DNA of 64,000 bases. Origin: Podarcis filfolensis. Lineage: Eukaryota. The first letter of the stretch is position 1; each line of letters begins with the position of its first letter. The notes under the pieces were generated by a model. That model was not told the origin of the DNA. It did not search any database and saw nothing but the letters and a program-made list of their open reading frames with translations. The position numbers and the translations under genes are program-made. Positions 25,029-35,886 of this stretch are shown piece by piece. The stretch is taken from NCBI GenBank assembly GCA_964270895.1, contig OZ185435.1. One strand, 5' to 3'.

Positions 25029-28000
25029 GTAAGGCTTGTTGAAAAAGGATGAAGTGGGCAGATAGACAGGAGACCCAGCTCAAAATCTCTTATCAGTCAC
25101 GAGCCTCAAAGCTCCTGTGCACACTGAGAAATTGCTTCTTAACATGTGGAAATTCATGTGGAGTATTTTAGATCATAATGGGTATTTGCCCTATGTTGTA
25201 CTCAGGGTTATAAACCCACCTCATAGTGTGTAGGTTTTGTGTCGATTCCCACATATGTAGGAAGCTGATGGCTTCAAGTGGCCTCACTGAGGCTCAGTAA
25301 ATTTGAAGACACTTCTTACTATGAAAAGTACTACAGATCTGACAACAACAGTTATTTGAAAACAACAGTTAAGGTGAACATTGATTTTCCATCCTGCCTC
25401 CACCCGCACTCTCTGCAAATGACACTGAGTAAAATAACTGCCAGCATAATTGCTTTGCTCTGCCCTATATAAGGCAATATTATCATTTAGATGATCGTGC
25501 ACAGCAAAGGTGTGGATCTGAATGTGAGCTTCATTTGTGTAAGCAGCCAGCACCTGGGATCCAGGCACAAGCTGTTCCTACCCCCACAACGCTCCCCCTG
25601 TCCATGTCAGAAAGAGAAACATGACACTCTCATATTGTTTTTAACGTGCAGAGCTCAGCCTGCAGTTTGCCTTGCTAAGAAGTCCTTGTCATTATGAATG
25701 TGCATTTATGAGTGCATTGTACACAATCCTGGTATGCAAATGTGGAGCATTCAGAGAAGTGAAATCATTCTGTGTTATTATTATCTTTGTAAATTACATC
25801 TTAAGAGTTGCTTGGTTGTGTGTGCATGTGTGTGTGTGTTTTTGAGGACTTTATGATGGCAGTTTAGTCTCAGCCATGTAGCACAAAGTGTTTCTTTCAT
25901 TATTAACAATAACTGAGCCAATGAAAATGCTTTTAAAAATACACCAGACAAGCAGTTATCCGGCTCTTCCTTTTCAACATCCACAAACCATCTTTTAGCA
26001 TCTTATAAACCAGCATATAAAACAGCTTTGTAAACATCTGCTTTTCATTGTTAATTGTCAGGAAAAATTAGAGGCTTAAATGCTTCTTTTGCAGCGCTTC
26101 TTAATCCTGTAAGAAAAGCGCTAGATTCTCACCACTCTCCCTTTTCTAGAGCAGGTCCTTCAGACTGTTCCCCCACCACCACCTTTGTAAAATAAATAAA
26201 TGTTGGCTCACATTTATTAATGGACAATTTAACATTTTAGATTTCTAAACATAACAACCCATTTTGCAGTGCTATGAATGAGTCACAGTGAATGCAGAAT
26301 TTTGCATATTTCCTGGGAGCTATAAAATGCAGTTTCTTTTATATTTTGATGCTTGCCCCCCAAATGCTTTTGAGGGTTGCTTCTATCTTTTTGAGGAAAA
26401 CTTCAATGAAGTGCTAATAAAAATATGAAGACTTTCAAAATTCTCTATAAATGACTCTTCCCAGGAGCTGGTGAATGATAGCTAGCTGTAGGAAGCTCAT
26501 AAATGAAACAGACATTTTACGAAAAAGCGGGGATTAAAAATTGCAACAATGCTTCTTTAGTTATTTATCTAGCAAGAAGCACAATAAAAACAATCTTCTT
26601 ACAGCATCATAGTGTTTTGTTTTTAAATATTTTTTCCATTTAAAAATTTTAAAATCCCATTTGCTTTCCCCCTTCAACCCTATCCTCAGAATGCTGGTGC
26701 AGTCTGCCTGGCAAAGATTTGCTTCAGGTACTGTTCACAATACACAGTAGCTGTATTATAGAAGTGGGTGGAAAGGCAATCTGTTCACAAAATATGTTCT
26801 ACCTTTAAAAAACTATTACCCTTACTCTAGATTTGCCACATTTAAATCTTCTCCTTTTGCTCCTCTACTCATATTGGGGGGTGGGGGGATATCTCACAGT
26901 TTAACAAATATATGGTTTGCTCAGCTTTAAATCATTTTCTTCACTTACAGTCAGTCAATTAAACATTTACTCAGTGTATTTATTTTAATTTCAGACTCTT
27001 TAAAATATAAATCCACCCAGCTGCATCTTAACAGAAAGAGGTGTCTCAGAGTTAGAACCTTAAAAGGCAATGACAACAGGCAGATTATATTTTTGTTTGT
27101 TTTTTTCTCTGCCTTGGAATTACTGCTTTTATGTAAACGTTGACTTTTTATTACAAAAAAAACTTTAATGAAGAAGGAAAGAAAGAAAGTACACAAACAA
27201 CAGTATTGTAAAACATAATATTGCTGTGATTTGCTTACAGCAGTCATTGCCAGTCTGGTGCCCTCCAGGGATTTTGGACGCAACTCTGTGCCAAGGCTGC
27301 CTGAGGCTCAAGAGCTGTAGTCTAAAACATCTGGAGGGCACCAGGTTGGAAAAGGCTGTAATACTGGAGCTAGAATCCCATTACTACCTCCTGATGTAAT
27401 GCTTTCAAGGGAACTGATTATTGTCAATGTAGTCCATAGGGTAAAATTACATAACGCTGCTTGATGCATTTGTGTATTAATTTCCATAGTATCATAAATC
27501 TAAGAAACTTTAACATTTCATATCGTATTAGGATGTAAAGTCCCTTGTTGTAAAGGCTGTGTGTTTACTGTGCAAATAAAAATGCCCCTGTCTTTCAAGA
27601 GCTGTTGATAGAAACACAGGAAGACGCTACCTGTAAAATGACTTCATTCAAGTTAATCTGTAATTAAACCCTGATAATATTTGAAGATTCTATTTAAGAA
27701 TGTTTTGCTGTTGCAATAAAATATAGTCTTCATTTCTAATGTGCTAATGAGCACTTTTAAATGTTAATGGATAATTCTTAGGTTCATTTGCTAATTATTA
27801 AGATAAAGAAATCAACACCGCTGGCCAATTTCTTCAAACCTTTCTCGCAGCAAGTCCATTTGCTGTTTGCACTTCCACAACTTTCAAAAAGTTAAGCATA
27901 AGTAAAAGTTAAAAGAATTATCACATTTAAGCTGAAAACTGAATTCATTTAGCACCCCTTCTAATACAATAAAGCATTATTAAATACAGAGGAGAATGAG

Positions 28001-31000
28001 AGCCCTTCTTTTGACCAAAATCTACTTAATTTACATTTTAGAACAGATGTTAGCTAAGCATTTTACTAATTTTAGCTGCTATCTTGACTGGGTGATATTC
28101 CTAATTACAATGTTTAATCCTTTACACTAAAGCATGCCACTGTTACTATTATTCTCTGACTCCATAAACCCTCTTACTTGCCTTTTTTTACTTCTCTATG
28201 CAGCTTTCAAACAATCTTATTGATTTGATATCTTGCTTCTAGAGACATCTACTTGGAAGCATTTACCAGCTTGTAATGGGGAAAACATTGGTTCTAAGAA
28301 TATAACTGCTAGCTATTAAGTACTATGTTATATAGTACATTTTTCTTTTAAGGTAATAATAATAAAAATATTAATAAATAAATTTGTAATTATAATTATA
28401 AGCATTATTATTGAATGTGGGCAAAGTGGGATCAATATGCAAGTATAATATATGCACATACAACCAGCATATAGAAAGTTTATATAAATCAATCACTTCT
28501 GATAATGTTTTCCCATTCAGGCATCCACACGCAAGTGACTTAGACTACTCTTGAAAGCATGGGAATTTGGCTAGAGCACAGATGTTCTTGTGCTCCTTTT
28601 ATTTGTTTAAATGGGGCTTGTGCAGACAAACTTTCCAGCAGGTTGTGTTTTAAGCCCTTGCACACTGATTTGCCCTATAGATGTGTGTGGAATGAAAGGC
28701 AGTTAGCTTAATTTAGCTTTATCCTGCTCTTGACATCACTAGTGCTTTCTATGAATCATCTATATGTCATCTATCTGTAGATGCAGCTATAGCTTAAGGA
28801 ATGAAACAAACACTGTCTCTACACAGGTACAGTATCAATTGATTTAGGAGTCTTAGAGACTTCACAATTTGACTACTGAACTGGGGCAAAGTAATAATTT
28901 CATTTGTGTGACCACAGGCCATAACAAGCTAAACTTGGCTGACCCCATAAACAAATAAGGAATGCCCTTTGCCAGCAGTCCAGATCTACACCAATCAATG
29001 GAAATTGTGTCATTGATTTCCCAGGCTTGCAGACAGCAGCCTGTGATTCAGTATTCCTGGAGGCGATAAGCACTTAAGATTTTCACATCTGCTTTGGGAG
29101 AAATGTTTTTTCCTCTGCACAGGCACTTTTTTTAATATAAGGAAAGACTCAGAAATCAGGGACATTACTATGTACACTAGAGTAATCATCAATTAGCTGG
29201 CTTGGCTTCAGTAAGGAATTATGGTTGCTCAGGGCCTTTGCTGCCCTACTGCAGAGCTTCCTTAACTTCTACTTTGCAGCCCAATCCTATGCTTGTGTAC
29301 TCAGAAGGACTTTCTTTGCAGGTACAACATTATCCTATTTTGGCAGAGAGACACAAAACTTCTTTAGAAGCTCTGGGTACATGCACTGGTGGCTGCACAA
29401 CTAGAGATGATTAGAGAATATGAAAATCTGAGGCAACATACCTGTAAGCCCCCTGGAACTCAGCTGGACTTACTTCTGAGTAGGCAGTGGATAGGAGTTC
29501 TCAAGTTTCATATCTGAGAGCTGTCAAGGACTTGTAGTACTATTTTATTTTTTAAAAGACATGTTCAAAAGAAAGTTTTCAAAATAGTGAGGTCAGTTTT
29601 TCTTCCAGAGACGTATCCAGAAAGATCTAGCTAGTGATGGCTGGATAAAAGAGGACAAATTTTGTTTTGTATTTTCTGAAACAGCACCTTCCTTGTTCAC
29701 CATGTTAGCTATCCCAACTTTCACTTTTCTTTTAACTGTTAGCGATTTTTAGTCTCCTTTGCATTGAGGTACCCACCAACCTGATGTACCACTTTTTGCT
29801 CAGATAGCAGAGAAATGGGAACAACTATTTAAAAAAGAAGATACTTGACTAATCTCCAAGTAAATAGGTTGTCTGTTAAGGGCAACCTGCAGAAGAAAAG
29901 TGAATTGTCTCCAAATGAGAATGTTCTGTCAGGCAGGTGATAAGAGGCTTTGTCTACAGGTGGTGGTGGGGGGTCAACTTATTCAGAAACAACTTCCTGT
30001 ACTGCAGACACAACCCCTGGGCATTCCTAAGTATTTCTGCTCAACATAAACTCCCCCTGGTATTTGAAGCTAGCATTTGCCTTTCATACTAACAGATCTT
30101 ACGTGATAGCATTATATGAGGAACCTGTCAGGCCACAGTGTCAACCTGCACCACCCGTAGACTTTCTAAGTTAAGGGTTCTGAGAGTAAGGCTTCTATTT
30201 GCATAGTTACCAAGGAGTAAGTCCCATTGAACTCCTTGGTACTTCCGAGTAAAAACATACATAATACCGCGGTATGAACGGTTCCGAGGCCATGCTTGTT
30301 TTCTTTGGGGTGAAGTACCGTTGAACCACACAGGGGGTCTTACTTCAGGATAAACATTCACAGGATCGGGCTGCAAAAAGCGTCGACACCCTTTGAAGCA
30401 TTTTACTTCCCCGAGACTAATTTTTCTTTTCCCTTCTCGGTTCCACATTTTGTTGAAATGTGTCTAAGAGCAACAAAAGGAACTTTGCGCGAAAACTCAG
30501 GAAAGAGCCCCGATTCCTCCTCAGCTGTGTGACCTGAGCGCGTCTTCCTAGTTTGCACTGGGCTCTTGAATGAGTTGTAGCTTTCATTTTCCTTTGCAAA
30601 GGGGCGAAAGAGAAATCTCTCCCCGCCCACCCGGGCTCGTTCAAATCCCGTCAATATCAGTTCTGGTCTCCCGGATCACATGGCTGGGCAAAGCTAATTG
30701 ATATTATCCGGGAGCAGCCTGAAGAATCAGGATTTAAGTGGGCGGAGATGGGGTAGGAGGGAGAGAAGAGGATTATCAGAAGAATTTCCCTTTCTTTTAT
30801 TTATTTCAGGGTTGATAAAGCGTACAGAAATTAAATGTTGGGAAATGATACCAGATCCTAAAGCAGCGCTTAGAACGTATATATATATATATTTAAAAAA
30901 CCCGTCAGGAATTAAAAAGCTGCAGAAATAAAATAAGACTTAGGAAGAAGCCTCGTTGTGTAGCTCTTCAGGCATGTACAGCCCCGAAAGGAAAAAGCAA

Positions 31001-31793
31001 CTCCCCTCGGAGTCCGAGAGATCCCATCACAGAAGGGAATCCCATTGGCCGCTTCCGCGCCCTCATGATGCTCATCCTCCGGGGTGATCTGATCTGATGC
31101 CCTTCTGTTCTTAACTGCCTTCTGCCATTCTCATTAGAAAGGTATTCAACTTCTCTTCCCAGTCCTTCCATTACTTTCGCTATGTTCTTATCAGGACCTT
31201 TTTTTAAAAAAATGGCTTTGCAAAGCGGTAATCCTTAACGCTCCATTGGCAGGCTTTGGATCTGTCCCCCCCCCATCCGCCCTCTATATTTTCCTTACAT
31301 GCCGCGGCTGCTATTCGGGGGATGGCCTCGAGGTGGCGTTTTAGGCACATAAACAAAGGCTTCTCCAAAGCGGCGGCGGCGGAGCGCGCGCGTCTTTTCT
31401 GCAGTTTACCTCTTATTAGGCTAACGGTGCCGCTAATGTTTTGGTTTTGTGATCCGTCACGTCTGCCTTGTTAGGGGGGAGAGGGGGAAGCGCGCGGCTC
31501 CAGAGAAGCTCCTGACTCTCCTTGCACGCCGAAGAGCGGCACGATTTCACCAAAGACCGGGCGCTCAGTAAAACCCACCAGCCCCTGCCCACTTTCTTCT
31601 TCTTTTTTTTAAAACTAGGCTTATTATTTATTTTGTGTCAGTTTGTAGGTGCGGGAATTGACACCGCAGAAGGAGCGTCTTAAGACTCCCTGCTCAGCTC
31701 CACCTGGCGCTCCGTGGCGGAGCGGACTGCCCACCCGATGTCTGAAGGCGCGATCGTAAATAAAGAGGGAGCCCCCCACACAGCCCAGCTTAC

Positions 31794-31900
31794 CTCCCAA
31801 GAGCGAAGGGCAACCTCGGGGGCGGAGGAGGAGGAAGAGGGAGCCATCCGAGGCATCTGTCACTCGATCAGTCCTTCCCGTCTCTGCCTGGCGGTGACAA
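31794..31900 (-). other. Candidate minus-strand exon (5' end uncertain)
   Basis: GAG|GTAAGC donor at 31793. ATG ORF 31856-31794 of 21 codons, phase 0. Confidence 0.45.
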
Positions 31901-31983
31901 ACTTGCAGGACGCCTCGATCGCCTCCCTCCCCTCCCCCTCCCTCCCCTCTCTCTCTCCATCTGCCCCGCTTTCCTCAAGTCAG

Positions 31984-32230
31984 CCTTAACCCATCCACAA
32001 GTCAACCAACGGCTCTTCCCACCCTTCCTCCTCATCCCACACACCTTTCACTGGAGGCTGGGGGACCAGCAGTCCCTCGCGTTTCCTTCTCGCCGCCCCC
32101 ACCCCCTCTCTCCGACACCCCCCCACTCCACCGCCCCAGTCAGCGTCCTCCCCTAGAGCGCGGAGCAACCAGCCGGTTGCCAAGATGACATTTCCCCTGT
32201 AAGGCTCTCTTTTTGAGACCCAGGAAGCAG
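31984..32230 (+). other. Candidate plus-strand non-coding exon (start uncertain)
   Basis: CAG|GTAAGG donor at 32231. A long pyrimidine tract with AG at 31978-79 or 31982-83 lies upstream. Contains a short uORF MTFPL*. Confidence 0.5.
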
Positions 32231-32416
32231 GTAAGGATGCCAAGGACGATCCCGGCTGCGCAGGGCTTGGAGCAGAAGGCGCGTGAGCAGAGCAGGGAGC
32301 GAGAGCGAGGCGGAGGGAGTCAGGCAGGCGGGCGGAGGGTGGGTGGGACAGGGCGCCCCGGAGGGGAGCTGCCGAAAACACGTCTTAAACACAAAAATCT
32401 CCGCCGGCTCCTTTGC

Positions 32417-32479
32417 TCTTCTTCTTCTTCTTCTTCTTCTTCTTCTTCTTCTTCTTCTTCTTCTTCTTCTTCTTCTTCT
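32417..32479. repeat. (TCT)21 / (GAA)n trinucleotide repeat
   Basis: Direct read, 63 nt. Confidence 0.98.
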
Positions 32480-33058
32480 ATTCTTCAATTCTTTAATTCT
32501 TTGCCTTTGCGTTTTGGAAGAGCTCGTGAGGTCCCACGCGCACTTCCTGCACTTTTGGTGGCCCTTTCCCAGCTTTTGATCCTCCCTCTTTTGGAGAGGT
32601 GATGGGAGGGGGAGAGTTACCCTATGATTAAAACACACACACACACACAATAATTACGAGTGGTGTTGTCTTGACCCCTGGAAGTTTGCAGAGCCCGGGA
32701 GCAGCCCACCATGATCACAGTCACCACCATCATTTACCTTCTTCGAATACCTTCGCGGTAATAATTATTCTCGGTTGCTCTAAGTGCAATACATTTTATT
32801 GCCTCAGAGACCATCTACTGTTTGATTGAATTATTCATATCCCCCCTCTTTTTTGGTGTAGAAGACTGCATCTGGGGACTCTGATGTGACGTGTATATTT
32901 TTTCCCTCCTCCCCCCCCTCCAGGAACAAAGGGAATGTGGAAATGAAAGAGAGAGGGGAGAGAGGCTGGCAGATGTGATGAGCTGCGGCGAAGGTGTATC
33001 CAGTTTGGCACTCCCCCTTCCTTCTCTCTCTCTCTCTCTCTCCTTGTTCTCTCTGCAG

Positions 33059-33104
33059 CCTCGGTGAATCACAACCTTCCTCAGGCAGCCTGCCCTCTCG
33101 TACT
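33059..33104 (+). other. Candidate 46-nt plus-strand non-coding exon
   Basis: ~45-nt pyrimidine tract ending ctctctgcag (33058) and ACT|GTAAGT donor at 33105. Confidence 0.5.
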
Positions 33105-33405
33105 GTAAGTACCCCCAGCCTGCTCTCCGTAGCGGCAGCACCGGCAGCATGCAAATCCCAGCCTCTCTCCATCTCCCCCCGCTTTGCCTTTGCGCTGCAC
33201 GTGGAGCGCGAGAGGGGTCTTCCCAACCAACTGTCCCAGGCAAGGGAAGAAGAAGTAAAGATTCCACGTGCAACTTTTCTTTCGAGCTGTCTTTGGGCGT
33301 GGGGGGGGGGAGGAGGACTCCAGCTGGCTTGCCAGGTTTCTGTTTTGTTTTGTTTTCCCTGGGGGAGGAAGTGTAGCGGGGTGTTATTGGCTGGTGGAAT
33401 TTCAG

Positions 33406-33564
33406 GCTTTTGTTGTGGTCGATCCCTCTCAAGCGTTGTAGATGAACTCAAAAGTGCCACTTCCGCTCAAGGGACAATACCTCGCATCCTGTCAATAGCC
33501 GACTGGAGGGATGATTAGATTTTGTTGTCTTAGGCTGTGTGGATGCAGAGGGGATGCGTGTCCG
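33406..33564 (+). other. Candidate plus-strand exon or alternative first exon (start uncertain)
   Basis: CCG|GTGAGT donor at 33565. A weak acceptor (atttcag 33405) and a CCAAT box lie just upstream. Confidence 0.35.
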
Positions 33565-35804
33565 GTGAGTTATATGGGGTTGGGGTCCTTCTGCTCCCAC
33601 AGATGCAAATCGCCTTGGGGAGGGAGTTTTGCACTGTCTGGGAATTCAGAACAACTTCTGGGTCGGCCTGTAAGAGAACCATGTGCTCGCTTTTTGCCTG
33701 ACGTAACTTTATTTTTGCCAATCGTGCGATTTTATTCCTAAATTTGTCCATGAAAATCATTCTCTTTTAATTAATTAAAAAGTTGCTTTTCCTTATTACT
33801 CCTCCTTCTTCGAGTTATTTTCCTCAGCCTGTAAAAAAGAGAAATAAAAAGAGAGAGTAGACTTTACCAGTGGGGTAAGTTTTCCACAAAACTTTACTGG
33901 CAGCTGAACCCCGTTGAGTTGCTCCCAGTCCTACTTACGTTTACTCCGACATGTTAACCTGAGCTCAGTGGAAAATTGCTGCCCTTAATAAAACTGTTTA
34001 GGACTGCAGCCTTTCTTCCAAGCAAAGCATCCTTGCCCAGTTAGCCCTGCCAGCTTCAGCGGGATTTACTCTCAAGTAACGGGGGAGCGGTTAGGATCGT
34101 AGCCTCACGCCTTGTTGTGCTTTCATAGAATGAACGTGGTTTTAGATCAGCCATGTGCTTCTAGACGGGCACCGGAGATGTTACACACCTGGACTTGGGA
34201 GGCCTTCGGTTTTGGGGAGACTTGCCTGTGAGGCAGCATGTTGAGGGTGGTAAGTGTGCCTCCCTCAGCTCTCCTGTGTCAGGGAAGAGAGAGTTTCTGC
34301 ACCATTTGTAGAAAGCCTTGCGAGAACAGAACATCTCTCCCTTCCTAACCTTGATCTCAGAAAAGTTGAGGGTCCTGCACAAGTTTCAAGCGGCATAGGC
34401 GCTCCTAACTGTGTGCATAGGATTTGGGCCGCACGTGGTAGCAAGTCCGAATCTTGCTCGTCTCCTCTTCATTCGATTCAGCAGCCCAGCACTGAGACTG
34501 TGGCTGGATGATCGGCATGAAATCGCCTGGTAGAGGCACTGGGGTTTTTAGTTCTCCAAAGCCCTGCCGGGATTCCTTCAGCTTCCAGTAGGGGAAAGTC
34601 CCGTTCAGATCAAAAAGCCGCCTTCGGAGACCGGCATCCGATTCCTTAGCAGCTCGCAGTCACTTCGCTGGGATGACTTTTCCCCCCTCCTTAAGTTTGA
34701 CACAAGATGAGGCCGAATAACGGCAATATGGGACTTATTCCCATTGCGCAGTGTTTAGAGTAGGGCTCAGCCAGACCGGCGTGTTGAATTCTACCCTGAG
34801 GGCAGCGCAGTGCCGGGATACGTCTATGTACCTCTTGATCTGTTTAATCCTGATTTCCGCACTTTGATATAACTAAAAGAATCGTCACCCCGGGGTTGCA
34901 AAAATTCCAAATGTCTCCCGCGGGCGAGTTTTGTTCTCCCTAAGTTTGGAAATATTTGTCGTGCGCTCTACGCCTCCGGCGCTGCAAAAGATGCTCCCCA
35001 GTCGCCTGCATGGACATGAGTTTGGTTCCTGGTGCATCTCCCACCTGATGCTTCTTCCGTGCATTGATTGACACAACACGCCCGACAGGGCTCAATAATA
35101 CAGGCATCCGAGGGCAGAGCGTCAGGCAGCAGCCGGCGTTCTCTCGCACGCATGCAAAGTGCGCATTTGGGCCGTTTTCTTATAGATCTCGCTGCAAGGC
35201 AAGGCTAGCCGGGTTGGAATCGGGGTGTTGGGGGGGACACCGCAGGTAAAATTAAGTCTCTTCTTAGACTTTGCGTCTTTTGGGTGCAGGAGTAGGCAAG
35301 TTTACGAATCACACAAGTCTCTTCAACAGCTAGGGATTTGTTTTAGATCTTATCACTCGATGGGGGAAGAAATGTTGCTCCGTATACATCTTAATAATTT
35401 GTGTGTCGATTTATTAAAACAAGATTGGAAAAAGAATCTCAGACTTTATGGCAATTAAAATGTGGGTTTTTAAAAATGCACGAGGCTCCCTCGTGATAAT
35501 GTATAAACTAAACTAGGAGAAATAAGTTTAGTGAAAATCGTGGAAGGCGCTAGGCGCAACTTTGTTGGTAAGAAAACAATTTGAATGAAAGGAAAGGAAT
35601 AGTCAAAATTAGGATGTGTTGTAGATGTGCAGTTTAGGAAATTTTGAGGAAAAAGGCTGTCCAGAAGAACCGGATAAATTAAAACGCGGGAAGAGAAACA
35701 GGAATGCAGGTTAGCAAAGGACTGCCTTTTTAATTGGGGAGGAATATCAGAATTAAAATGTAAACAAGAACCAGAAAATTTCTAGCGATCCTGACTTTTT
35801 CAGA

Positions 35805-35886
35805 GCAACCCTTTATATGTCTACCCAGAAGCAAGTTCAATTGAATGTAAGTGGAGTTACTCTAAGGTAAGTGTACATAGGGTTGC
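35805..35886. mobile_element. ~85-bp palindromic MITE (PIF/Harbinger-like); other copies at ~18325, 19985-20030, 29280, 29440, 30200, 46395, 51665-51750, 54400, 61430, 63348 and many in 37.1-39.1 kb
   Basis: Terminal IR GCAACCCT/AGGGTTGC and internal tact/gtaag symmetry. Best-preserved ends elsewhere read tta-GGCTGCAATCC and GGATTGCAGCC-tta, suggesting a TTA target. Confidence 0.6.

Noticed and set aside
32153-32650. Poly-Arg, poly-Ser and poly-Leu ORFs
   Set aside because: Three readings of the (TCT)21 repeat.
32738-32917. Minus-strand exon with AAG|GTAAAT donor at 32737
   Set aside because: The only nearby acceptor is a rare GAG|, too weak to call.
32815-33518. 205, 209 and 174-aa ORFs
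   Set aside because: Low complexity, span a GA repeat, occur in several frames on both strands and resemble no protein I know.
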